A DNA stretch of 63,947 nt, the filler included, from Sandaracinaceae bacterium (GTDB lineage: Bacteria > Myxococcota_A > Polyangia > Polyangiales > JADJQN01), in NCBI GenBank assembly GCA_947483975.1. It is 3 parts of 3 records of this genome, joined end to end, with 100 filler letters (N's around TTAATTAATTAA, not from the genome) between each part and the next. Parts side by side here need not be neighbours in the genome. Positions count along the whole stretch, not along the records: positions 48,709 to 63,947 come from CANKOL010000094.1; 2 more parts are not named here. One strand, written 5' to 3'. Under the pieces are notes generated by a model. That model was not told the origin of the DNA. It saw nothing but the letters and a program-made list of their open reading frames with translations, and did no database searches. The position numbers and the translations under genes are program-made. This document shows positions 55,963-63,947 of the stretch, piece after piece. Positions within the stretch are counted from its first letter, which is position 1; every line of letters begins with the position of its first letter.

Positions 55963-56961
55963 TCAGTCCCGCGTGAGCGCGGCGTGGAGCGCGCCGATCA
56001 GCCCGACGCGCGTATTGAGCACGACGCTGACGCGCGTCGCCTCGAGCAAGGACGACATCCTCCCCTTGTCCCGAAATGCCTGGAGAAAGCCGCCTTCGCG
56101 GAGCTTCGGCAGGAGACGCGGCGCGACGCCGCCGGCGACGTAGAGGCCGCCCTTCGGCAGCACCTTGAGCGCGAGGTTGCCCGCCTCGGCGCCGTACAAG
56201 CTGAGGAAGAACTCCACCGTGCGCACGCACGCCGGGTCGTCGCCGGCGAGCGCGCGCTCGCCGATGACCGCGCTCGGGTCCTCGACGGCCATGCGTGTGT
56301 GGGTGTCCGAGCGCTCCGGCACGAGGCCCTTGTGCACGAGGAAGCGATAGAGCGTGACGAGCGCCGGCCCCGAGACGACGCGCTCGTAGCTGACGCGCTC
56401 GTGCCGCTCGAGCAGGTAGCGGAGCAGCTCGATCTCGAGCTCGTTACGCGGCGCGAAGTCGCAGTGTCCGCCCTCCGAGGCGATCACCTTCCACTGCCCG
56501 CCGACCGGCAGCACGATCGCCTCGCCGAGCCCCGTCCCGGCGCCGAGGATCGCGATGGGGCCGCCCGGCTCGACGACGCCCTCTTGCAGCACCTCGAGGT
56601 CCTCGGGCGCGAGCCTCGGGATGCCGAGCGCGACGGCGTGAAAGTCGTTGATCAGCCGCACTCGACCGATGCCGAGCGTCCGCTCGAGCGCGCGCGCGTC
56701 GATGCGCCAAGGCAGGTTCGTCGTGCGCGCCGTCTGCCCGCCGTCCGCGTCGACGGTCATCGGCCCCGCGACGCCGATGCCCGCGTGGCTCACGGTCGGC
56801 AGATCCGCGCCGAGGAAGATGCCGATCAGGTCCGCGAGCCCAGGGAAGTCGCGGCTCGCGTAGCGACCGCTCCGCACCTCGCGCTGGAAGCCCTCGTCGT
56901 CCACCTCGTGGAGCGAGAGCAGGGTCTTGGTGCCGCCGACGTCCGCCGCGAGTACGCGCAT
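55963..56961 (-). CDS. glk: Glucokinase
   Basis: LAADVGGTKT, GVAGP, TNLPW, LINDF, GAGTGLG, SEGGH, SYERVVSG, GGLYVAGG. Confidence 0.95.
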   Translation of the reverse strand: MRVLAADVGGTKTLLSLHEVDDEGFQREVRSGRYASRDFPGLADLIGIFLGADLPTVSHAGIGVAGPMTVDADGGQTARTTNLPWRIDARALERTLGIGRVRLINDFHAVALGIPRLAPEDLEVLQEGVVEPGGPIAILGAGTGLGEAIVLPVGGQWKVIASEGGHCDFAPRNELEIELLRYLLERHERVSYERVVSGPALVTLYRFLVHKGLVPERSDTHTRMAVEDPSAVIGERALAGDDPACVRTVEFFLSLYGAEAGNLALKVLPKGGLYVAGGVAPRLLPKLREGGFLQAFRDKGRMSSLLEATRVSVVLNTRVGLIGALHAALTRD

Positions 56962-57014
56962 GGCCGAGACTGTACCTGGCGACGCGCCGCGCGGCCTGAT
57001 ACGAACGCGCAATC

Positions 57015-57632
57015 GTGCGAAGGCTAGGTGTCGACCCGGGGGATGCGCGCGTCGGCCTGGCGGTCTCGGACGCCGACGATCTGCTCGCGACGCCGCTCTG
57101 CACCGTCGCGGCGCGCGGGGAGGGCGACCCGGCCAAGCTGATCGCGGCCGAGGCCGCCCGCACGGGCTGCGAGGAGATCATCGTCGGGCTGCCGCGCAAC
57201 CTCGACGGCAGCGAGGGCGGCGCCGCGCGCAAGGCTCGGCTGCTCGCGGGGCGCATTCACGCGGCGACCGGGCTGCGCGTCGTGCTCTGGGACGAGCGGC
57301 TGACGACGGCCGAGGCGCATCGCGCGCTCGGCAACGCCGACCTGAGCGAGCGCGAGCAGCGCCGCGTGATCGATCAGGTCGCCGCGACGATCCTGCTGCA
57401 GAGCTATCTCGACGCGCGGGCGGCGCGCAAGCGCGAGGCGCGCGAGAAGAAGCGTGACAAGTCGGCCGCCGCGGGTCAGACGGAGAGCGAGTGGAGCGCA
57501 AGAAGCGAGGACGCGGCGAACGCAGCGAACGCAGCGAACCCGCCGAGCGAGGCGAGCGTCCCCGTGCCCGGAGGGAGCGGCCGACGCGGAGCCCCCGGAG
57601 CCCGCGACGCCCGCGAGCGTCGTCGGCGGTAG
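57015..57632 (+). CDS. ruvX: YqgF/RuvX RNase H-fold nuclease
   Basis: LGVDPGDARVGLAVSD, IVGLP, WDERLTT, IDQVAATILLQSYLD; low-complexity tail. Confidence 0.92.
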   Translation: MRRLGVDPGDARVGLAVSDADDLLATPLCTVAARGEGDPAKLIAAEAARTGCEEIIVGLPRNLDGSEGGAARKARLLAGRIHAATGLRVVLWDERLTTAEAHRALGNADLSEREQRRVIDQVAATILLQSYLDARAARKREAREKKRDKSAAAGQTESEWSARSEDAANAANAANPPSEASVPVPGGSGRRGAPGARDARERRRR

Positions 57633-58528
57633 CGAAGAACGCGGCGCGCGCTGCTGCGATCGGGCGCCTCGTCCGCGCGGGGGTCGCGGGGTTGCTCGCG
57701 GTCTTGCTCGTCGGCGGGCTCGCGCTCGGGCTGACGCGCGCGGGGCGGGCGCTCTTGCACCGCGTCGTCGCGATGTTCGGCGACGAGTCGCCGCGCGTGA
57801 CGATCCCCGAGGGCTTCAGCCGCTTCGACATCGCGGACCGCCTCGCCGCCCGCGGCATCTGCGAGCGCGACGCGTTCCTCGCCGCGACGACCGATCCGGC
57901 GCTGCTCGCCTCGCTCGAGGTGCCCGGCGGGAGCGCCGAGGGCTACCTCTTCCCGGACACCTACGACCTCGAGAAGGGCGCGGCGCCGGCGGAGATCGTG
58001 CGCCGCATGGTCGAGAACTTCCGCGCGCGCACGGGGGCGCTCTTCGCCGAGCACGCGGGCGCGCAGCAACCGACGCCGCACGACGCGCTCGTGCTCGCGT
58101 CCGTCGTCGAGAAGGAGGCGGTCGCCGCCGAGGAGCAGCCCGTGATCGCGGGCGTGTTCTGGAATCGTCTTCGCCGCAACGAGTTCACGCCGCATCGCCT
58201 GCAGGCGGATCCGACCGTCTCGTACGGCTGCCGCGCGCTGCCTGCGTCTGCGCCCTCGTGCGCTCGCTTCGACGGGCACCGCATCACCCGCACGATGACG
58301 AACGACGGGCTCAACCCGTACAACACCTATCGCAACGACGGACTGCCGCCTGGCCCGATCTCCAACCCGGGGCTCGGTGCGCTACGCGCCGCGCTCGAGC
58401 CCGCGCAGCACGACTACTTCTACTTCGTCGCGCGCGGGGATCACCGGCACACGTTCAGTCGCACGCTCGCGGAGCACGACTCCGCGGTCGGCGCCTATCA
58501 CGAGCGACTCGAGAAGGCGCCCCAATAG
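57491..58528 (+). CDS. mltG: Endolytic murein transglycosylase MltG (start uncertain)
   Basis: VTIPEG, EGYLFPDTY, LASVVEKE, LQADPTV, YNTY..GLPPGPISNPG, YFYFVA. Confidence 0.92.
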   Translation: MERKKRGRGERSERSEPAERGERPRARRERPTRSPRSPRRPRASSAVAKNAARAAAIGRLVRAGVAGLLAVLLVGGLALGLTRAGRALLHRVVAMFGDESPRVTIPEGFSRFDIADRLAARGICERDAFLAATTDPALLASLEVPGGSAEGYLFPDTYDLEKGAAPAEIVRRMVENFRARTGALFAEHAGAQQPTPHDALVLASVVEKEAVAAEEQPVIAGVFWNRLRRNEFTPHRLQADPTVSYGCRALPASAPSCARFDGHRITRTMTNDGLNPYNTYRNDGLPPGPISNPGLGALRAALEPAQHDYFYFVARGDHRHTFSRTLAEHDSAVGAYHERLEKAPQ

Positions 58529-58569
58529 CCAACTCCGGCTGAGCGCCGCCGCGCCGCCGACAGGGCGCT

Positions 58570-58797
58570 TCAGCGGCGTCGACGGGCAGCGACGACGAGC
58601 GCGAGCCCACCGAGCATCGCGAGCCCGGCGCCCGCAGCGCCGGCGGTGCCCGCGTGCGAGGTGCTGCAGCTGCTGTCCTTCGTCGTCGGCGCGGGCGCCG
58701 GCCCGGAGTCGGGCGGTGCGACGTCGGCGCGAGCCGTGGACGTGATCAGCACGAGGGCGAGGGCGAGGGGCGCAAGCAGGCTGGCGAGGTGGCGCAT
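58570..58797 (-). CDS. Minimal MYXO-CTERM protein (75 aa)
   Basis: Signal peptide ending [31 protein letters not shown]. Confidence 0.75.
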   Translation of the reverse strand: MRHLASLLAPLALALVLITSTARADVAPPDSGPAPAPTTKDSSCSTSHAGTAGAAGAGLAMLGGLALVVAARRRR

Positions 58798-58883
58798 GGA
58801 GAGACTGTAGCGGCGCGGGCGGCGGGCGCGCAAGACTGGCCCAGCCTTGGAGCGGGGCGCGACGTGCGATACCGTCCGCCGCG

Positions 58884-59504
58884 ATGACCGAACCCGACGC
58901 ACGCAATCTCGCCTGGCATTCTGGGGAAGTCGGGCGCGACGACCGTGAGCGACTGCTCGGCCACAGAGGCGTCACGCTCTGGCTCACGGGCTTGTCGGGC
59001 TCGGGCAAGAGCACCGTCGCGCGCCGCGTCGAGCGCCTGCTCGTCGAGCGCGGCGTGCTCGCCTACGTGCTCGACGGCGACAACGTGCGGCACGGACTCA
59101 ACCGCGACCTCGGCTTTGGTCCGGCGCAGCGCAGCGAGAACATCCGACGCATCGCGGAGGTCGCCAAGCTCTTCACGGACGCGGGGCTCGTCACGATCAC
59201 TGCGTTCATCTCGCCGTATCGCGCCGACCGAGCGCAGGCGCGCGCGCTGCTCGGCGGCAGTGATTTCTTGGAGATCTACTGCGCGGCGACGATCGAGGAG
59301 TGCGAAGCGCGGGACCCGAAGGGTCTCTACGCGAGGGCGCGCGCGGGCGAGATCCCCGAGTTCACGGGGATCAGCGCGCCCTACGAGGCGCCCGAGCACG
59401 CGGAACTCGAGCTTCCGACGGGGCGGGAGGACGCCGACGCGAGCGCCCGGAAGGTGCTCGCCTTCCTGACGGAGCGAGGCTACATACCGGCCGCCAATGC
59501 TTGA
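58884..59504 (+). CDS. cysC: Adenylyl-sulfate kinase
   Basis: [48 protein letters not shown]. Confidence 0.96.
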   Translation: MTEPDARNLAWHSGEVGRDDRERLLGHRGVTLWLTGLSGSGKSTVARRVERLLVERGVLAYVLDGDNVRHGLNRDLGFGPAQRSENIRRIAEVAKLFTDAGLVTITAFISPYRADRAQARALLGGSDFLEIYCAATIEECEARDPKGLYARARAGEIPEFTGISAPYEAPEHAELELPTGREDADASARKVLAFLTERGYIPAANA

Positions 59505-59576
59505 GGCGCCGCACGACGCGGCGCGTCAGCGTGGAGTCGATTTGTCGCGGCGAGGGGCCGCGACCGGAGAACGCGA

Positions 59577-60443
59577 ATGAAGAAGCATCTGATGAACGTA
59601 ATGCTGTGCATGACCCTCCTCGTCGGAGGCTGCGGCGGCGGCGACGAGGTCGTGAACACGAACGACACGGCGACCGACACGACCGCGGGCAGCGAAGGCA
59701 CGGACACGACCGCCACGGCGGACGCCGTCGAGACGCCCGTCGAGACCCCCCCGCCGCCCGCCCCGGCGCGCGTCCGCGTGATCCACGCCTCGCCCGACGC
59801 GGCCGCCGCGGCCGTCGCGATCTACGTCGATGGCTCGGCGACGCCCGCCATCCCGTCGCTCGCCTACAAGGCCGCGACCGCCTACGCCGACATGCCCGGC
59901 GGCGCTCATCAGGTCGCCGTTCGCCCCGCGGCTGCCGCGGCCGACAGCGCGCCCGTGCTCCAGGGCCCGACGCCCGAGCTCGCGGCGGGCACGTCCTACA
60001 CGGTGATCGCGCATGGCCTCGCGTCGGGCACCCCCGCCCTCGCGCTCGCCGCCGCGGCTGACGACGGCCCCGCGCCCGACGCGACGCACGCCAGCATCCG
60101 CTTCTTCCACGCGCTCGTCGGCGTCGCGAACGTCGACGTCTGCGTCCCCGGCGCGACCGCGCGCGCGGCTGGCACGCCGGTCTTCACGAACGTCGCCTAC
60201 GGCGCGTTCGGCGCATGGGCGAACGTGGCCGCGGGCGCCGCGGTGACGCTCCAGATCCGCGCCGCCAACGAGGCGACGCCGTGCTCGGGCCGTCAGGCTG
60301 GCTCGGTCTCCATCACGCCGACGACCGGCGTGTGGACGGCCGTCGCGGTCGGTCGCGCCACGGGCCGCCCCGCGGTCGCGAAGGAGCTTCTGCTCGTCGC
60401 CGACGGCGCGTCGGAAGTGACGACGGTCGCGATCGGTCGCTGA
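59577..60443 (+). CDS. DUF4397-like lipoprotein
   Basis: Lipobox VGGC; RVRVIHASPDA..IYVDG and IRFFHAL..VDVC duplicated domain. Confidence 0.8.
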   Translation: MKKHLMNVMLCMTLLVGGCGGGDEVVNTNDTATDTTAGSEGTDTTATADAVETPVETPPPPAPARVRVIHASPDAAAAAVAIYVDGSATPAIPSLAYKAATAYADMPGGAHQVAVRPAAAAADSAPVLQGPTPELAAGTSYTVIAHGLASGTPALALAAAADDGPAPDATHASIRFFHALVGVANVDVCVPGATARAAGTPVFTNVAYGAFGAWANVAAGAAVTLQIRAANEATPCSGRQAGSVSITPTTGVWTAVAVGRATGRPAVAKELLLVADGASEVTTVAIGR

Positions 60444-60467
60444 ACAGCGCCTGATTCGGGCTCGTGA

Positions 60468-60507
60468 GAGCGGCGTGCACCATCCCGGTGCGCGCCGTTT
60501 TCTTTTG
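60468..60507 (+). terminator. Rho-independent terminator
   Basis: gcggcgtgcacc-atcc-cggtgcgcgccg hairpin followed by ttttctttt. Confidence 0.75.
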
Positions 60508-60563
60508 GTGCAGGCGTCGGCGTCGTACGCGCAGAAATCCCTGTAAATCGTTGGTTCGAGCGC

Positions 60564-60580
60564 TTGGTACGCCCCTCGCA
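60564..60580 (+). promoter_or_regulatory. Sigma54 -24/-12 promoter
   Basis: TTGGTACGCCCCTCGCA: GG(60566-67)-N10-GC(60578-79), upstream of an operon encoding a sigma54 activator. Confidence 0.7.
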
Positions 60581-60629
60581 AAGAAGCCCTCTCGAGCGTC
60601 GAAATCACGGCGCCAGGAGGATGCGGATC

Positions 60630-61481
60630 ATGTCGATGGAGCTTCGGTTCTGGGGTGTTCGGGGCAGCATCGCGACGCCGGGCGCTGAGACGGCGGGCGT
60701 CGGCGGCAACACCAGCTGCGTCGAGGTGCGCGCCGGGCGCACCTGCCTCGTGCTCGACGCGGGCACGGGCATCCGTCGCCTCGGCGACTCGCTGATGCGG
60801 GAGGGCGTCGACGAGGTGACGCTGCTCCTCTCGCACCTGCACTGGGACCACATCCAGGGGCTGCCGTTCTTCACGCCGGTCTACGTCCCGCGCACGAAGC
60901 TCGCGGTCGTCGGCGCGGGCGTGCCGAGCCTCTCGCTCCGCGACGCGCTCGCGCACCAGATGGTCGCGCCGGTGTTCCCGATTCGCCTCGACGAGCTGCC
61001 GTGTCAGCTCGGCACGCGCGAGGTCAAGAGCGGCGACACGCTCTACGTCGGCAACGCGTGCGTGCGCGTGCTCCGCGCGCAGCATCCGGGCGGCGTGATG
61101 GCGTACCGCATCGAGCACGAGGGGCGCAGCATCGTCTACGCGACGGACGTCGAGCACTACGCCTGCGTCGACCCCGCGCTCCGGGCCTTCGCGACCGGCG
61201 CGGATGTGCTCATCTACGACTCGCAGTACACGCCGGAGGAGTACTGCGGCGCCGTCGGGCGCGCGAAGCTCGGCTGGGGGCACAGCACCTACGAGGCGGG
61301 CGCGGCGCTCGCGCACGCGGCCGGCGTCGGCACGTACGTGCTCTTTCACCACGACCCGCTGCGCACGGACGCGGGCGTCGCGGAGCTCGAGCAGCGAGCG
61401 CGGGCGCACTTCGCCGACTCGGTGGCGGCGCGCGAGGGGATGAGCTTCTCGCTCGAGGCGCGCGTCACGCAGGCCGCGTGA
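60630..61481 (+). CDS. MBL-fold metallo-hydrolase (phosphodiesterase-like)
   Basis: [57 protein letters not shown]. Confidence 0.92.
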   Translation: MSMELRFWGVRGSIATPGAETAGVGGNTSCVEVRAGRTCLVLDAGTGIRRLGDSLMREGVDEVTLLLSHLHWDHIQGLPFFTPVYVPRTKLAVVGAGVPSLSLRDALAHQMVAPVFPIRLDELPCQLGTREVKSGDTLYVGNACVRVLRAQHPGGVMAYRIEHEGRSIVYATDVEHYACVDPALRAFATGADVLIYDSQYTPEEYCGAVGRAKLGWGHSTYEAGAALAHAAGVGTYVLFHHDPLRTDAGVAELEQRARAHFADSVAAREGMSFSLEARVTQAA

Positions 61482-62989
61482 TGGGCGCGGCGATTCCGAT
61501 ATACTCGGGCGCGCCCCCCTCGATGACGCGCCTCTCGCTGCTCGTCGACCTCGCGTCGCTGCTCGCGCGCGAGGTCGACCTCGACGCTCTCCTCGCCACC
61601 GCCGGTGAGCGGCTCGCGCACGCGCTCTCCGCGGACCGCGCGACGGTGTGGCTCGTGGACGCAGAGAGCGGCGACCTCGTCACGCGCGTCGCGGTGCTGC
61701 CGGAGGTGCAGTCGCTGCGGCAGCCGCTCACGCGAGGGCTCGCGGGCTACGTCGCGAGCAGCGGAGAGGTGCTGCGCGTCGCGGACGTCGCGACGGACGC
61801 GCGCTTCGATCCGAGCGCGGATCGCGCGACGGGCTACCACACCAAGAGCGCCCTCGTCGTGCCGGTGCGCGAGCACGCGCAGGCGCCGGTGCGCGGCGTC
61901 GTGCAGCTGCTCAACAAGCACGGGGGGCAGGCGTTCGACGCGGACGACGAGCAGTACCTCGCCGCGCTCGCGACGCAGCTCGGGCGCGCGCTCTCGCTGA
62001 CCACCTTGCGCGCGGGCGACGCGGCGGGGCCCGGGCTCGTGCTGCGCGGGCCGTTCAATCACATCGTCGGTCGCAGCGCGGCGCTCGAGGCGGTGTATCA
62101 GCGCGTCGCGCTCGCCGCGCAGACCGACGCGACGGTGTTGCTCCGCGGCGAGACGGGCACGGGCAAGGGCCTCTTCGCGCGGGCGATTCACGTGAACTCG
62201 CCGCGTCAAGCGGGGCCGTTCGTCACGGTCGATTGCACGACGCTGCCGGCGCAGCTCGTCGAGAGCGAGCTCTTCGGGCACGAGCGCGGCGCGTTCACCG
62301 GCGCCGATCGCCGCGTGCCGGGGCGCGTCGAGCTCGCGGAGGGCGGCACGCTCTTTCTGGATGAGCTCGGAGACTTGCCGCCTGAGATGCAGGGCAAGCT
62401 GCTGCGCTTTCTGCAAGAGCGCACCTTCGAGCGCGTCGGCGGGCGCGAGACGTTGCGGGCCGACGTGCGCATCCTGACCGCGACGCACCGTGACCTCGAG
62501 ACGCTCGTGCGCGAGCAGCGCTTTCGCGAGGACCTCTACTACCGGGTGCGCGTCGTCGAGATCGAGGTGCCGCCGCTGCGCGCGCGCGGCGCGGACGAGG
62601 TCGAGGCGCTCGCGCGGCACTTCGCGGGGGTCTACGCGCGCAAGTACGGGCGCCCGACGACGCGCTTCAGCGACGAGGCGCTCGCGCGGCTGCGCGCGCA
62701 CTCTTGGCCGGGGAACGTGCGCGAGCTCGAGCACTGGATCGAGAGCGCCGTCGTGCTCGCGCCGGACGGGGAGCTCCGCGTCGGGCATCTGCCCGCGTCC
62801 CGCCGCGCGGCGGCTGCGGCTGAGAGCGCGGCGAATGGAGTGCCGCTCGGGTTGACGCTCGACGAGGCGACGCGGCGCTACCTCGAGGCGACCGTCGAGG
62901 CGTGCGGCGGCAACCGCAGCGAGGCGGCGAAGCAGCTCGGCATCGGGCGCAACACGATCACGCGCGCCCTGCAGCGGCGGCGCGCATGA
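61481..62989 (+). CDS. GAF-domain sigma54-dependent activator (bEBP, Fis HTH)
   Basis: GAF with D..TGYHTKS and [48 protein letters not shown]. Confidence 0.95.
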   Translation: MGAAIPIYSGAPPSMTRLSLLVDLASLLAREVDLDALLATAGERLAHALSADRATVWLVDAESGDLVTRVAVLPEVQSLRQPLTRGLAGYVASSGEVLRVADVATDARFDPSADRATGYHTKSALVVPVREHAQAPVRGVVQLLNKHGGQAFDADDEQYLAALATQLGRALSLTTLRAGDAAGPGLVLRGPFNHIVGRSAALEAVYQRVALAAQTDATVLLRGETGTGKGLFARAIHVNSPRQAGPFVTVDCTTLPAQLVESELFGHERGAFTGADRRVPGRVELAEGGTLFLDELGDLPPEMQGKLLRFLQERTFERVGGRETLRADVRILTATHRDLETLVREQRFREDLYYRVRVVEIEVPPLRARGADEVEALARHFAGVYARKYGRPTTRFSDEALARLRAHSWPGNVRELEHWIESAVVLAPDGELRVGHLPASRRAAAAAESAANGVPLGLTLDEATRRYLEATVEACGGNRSEAAKQLGIGRNTITRALQRRRA

Positions 62990-62997
62990 GGAGGCCC

Positions 62998-63947
62998 ATG
63001 GCGTCTTGGTCACGGATTGGGCTCGTCGCGGCGCTGTCGCTCTCGAGCGGCTGCGCTCACTCCTTCGGCTCGAGCGGCGCCTCCGAGCATCCCTACGTCG
63101 AGTGTCGCGACACGCTCACTTGCCGAGTCCAGGCGGCGGAGCGCGACAGGCAGTTTGCGGCGGCCGTCGCGGCAGAGCCGAGCGTCGTCCGACTCGACGT
63201 GGAGTCCGTCGCGGAGACCGTGCTCTTGAGGCGCTCGCGCAACCTCGTCTACGTGCTCGACCCGAGCCTCGCGGCCCTCGATCTGCGGACCGGCGACGTG
63301 CGCTGGCGGGTGGACGCGGAGGGCTCCGGGCTCGCGCGCGTCGGGAACTTCCTCGTCGTGAGGGCGCAGCACGAGCGCGCCGCGACGTTCGTCTTCGTCG
63401 ACCCCGACGCCCCTCAGGCACGCGCCGCGGACTGCACGGTGCGGCTGCCTGCGCCGGCGGAGGCCGAGACCTTCGGCGCGTGGGCCTTCGATCGCGGCGG
63501 CCAGCCCTACGTCTACTGGACGAGCGCGTGGTCGTACTCGGGTGGCACTCCGCCGGGGCCGGACGCGCTCGCGCGGGAGATCGCCGCGGACGCGTGCGGT
63601 GTGCTCCGAGTGGACGTGACGAGCTGCGCAGCCGCGCCCGAGGCGCTCGCCGACTTCCTCTTCCAGCCGCCCGAGGGCCGCCCGCCCGGCATGGGCGGCC
63701 GCCCCGTCTGCGACTACCTCTCGCCGGGGCGCGACCTGCCCGCGTTCGCCGCGTCGGCACCGAGCCCCGCGACGTCGGCGGTCGTCACCTCGGACGCGAG
63801 CACGCCGCCGACGCTCCGCGTCCTGCAGCTCGAGACGCCGCTGCCCAACGAGCCCTGCCGCCGCACGCTGAGATTCGTGCTCGAGGCGCGCGACGCGACC
63901 GCCGTCCTGTGGACGCACGCGCTCAGCGAGGTCGTCGACACCGGACG
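62998..63947 (+). CDS. Lipoprotein with PQQ-like propeller motif, truncated by window edge
   Basis: Not in the ORF track; ATG 62998 after GAGGAGG; MASWSRIGLVAALSLSSGC lipobox; LAALDLRTGDVRWR; frame open to the window end. Confidence 0.7.
   Translation, partial: MASWSRIGLVAALSLSSGCAHSFGSSGASEHPYVECRDTLTCRVQAAERDRQFAAAVAAEPSVVRLDVESVAETVLLRRSRNLVYVLDPSLAALDLRTGDVRWRVDAEGSGLARVGNFLVVRAQHERAATFVFVDPDAPQARAADCTVRLPAPAEAETFGAWAFDRGGQPYVYWTSAWSYSGGTPPGPDALAREIAADACGVLRVDVTSCAAAPEALADFLFQPPEGRPPGMGGRPVCDYLSPGRDLPAFAASAPSPATSAVVTSDASTPPTLRVLQLETPLPNEPCRRTLRFVLEARDATAVLWTHALSEVVDTG

Noticed and set aside
57015..58528. ruvX-mltG overlap as a novel arrangement
   Set aside because: This adjacency is common; the apparent 142-bp overlap probably reflects an uncertain mltG start.

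Overview
Very GC-rich bacterial DNA, most likely from a Myxococcota genome of the Polyangia/Sandaracinus type. This is inferred from MYXO-CTERM tails, many Cys-rich lipoproteins with D-A-G stalks, and MopE-like repeat proteins. The window is a pseudo-scaffold of three contigs (1-24334, 24435-48608, 48709-63947) joined by artificial N44-TTAATTAATTAA-N44 linkers, so adjacency across the linkers means nothing. Contig 1 carries a tandem-FadL lipid uptake/processing operon, a DEAD-box helicase and, unexpectedly for a myxobacterium-like genome, a flagellar locus (motA, motB, fliC, fliD, fliS, fliT-like). The flagellar genes are interleaved with two intact diguanylate cyclases, an HDOD protein and three degenerate signalling domains (HD-GYP, EAL, HATPase). 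Four matching sigma28-like promoters (TCAAG-N15-[G/A]CCG) lie in two divergent pairs in this locus. Contig 2 carries surface proteins (EGF-repeat lipoprotein, M15-like peptidase with MYXO-CTERM, MopE-repeat/propeller protein), fabH, an esterase plus ATP-grasp-like pair, bamD, TPR proteins, a TonB-dependent receptor, a ThDP enzyme, a gene broken by one in-frame TAG, and an M24 peptidase with altered metal ligands. Contig 3 starts with the 3' end of a group II intron whose last bases form the start codon and an SD-like motif of the next gene. It continues with lipoproteins, an ABC1 kinase, glk, ruvX, mltG, cysC and a sigma54-controlled MBL hydrolase/GAF-activator pair. No rRNA, tRNA or CRISPR array was seen. 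All calls come from reading motifs by eye; no searches were run.
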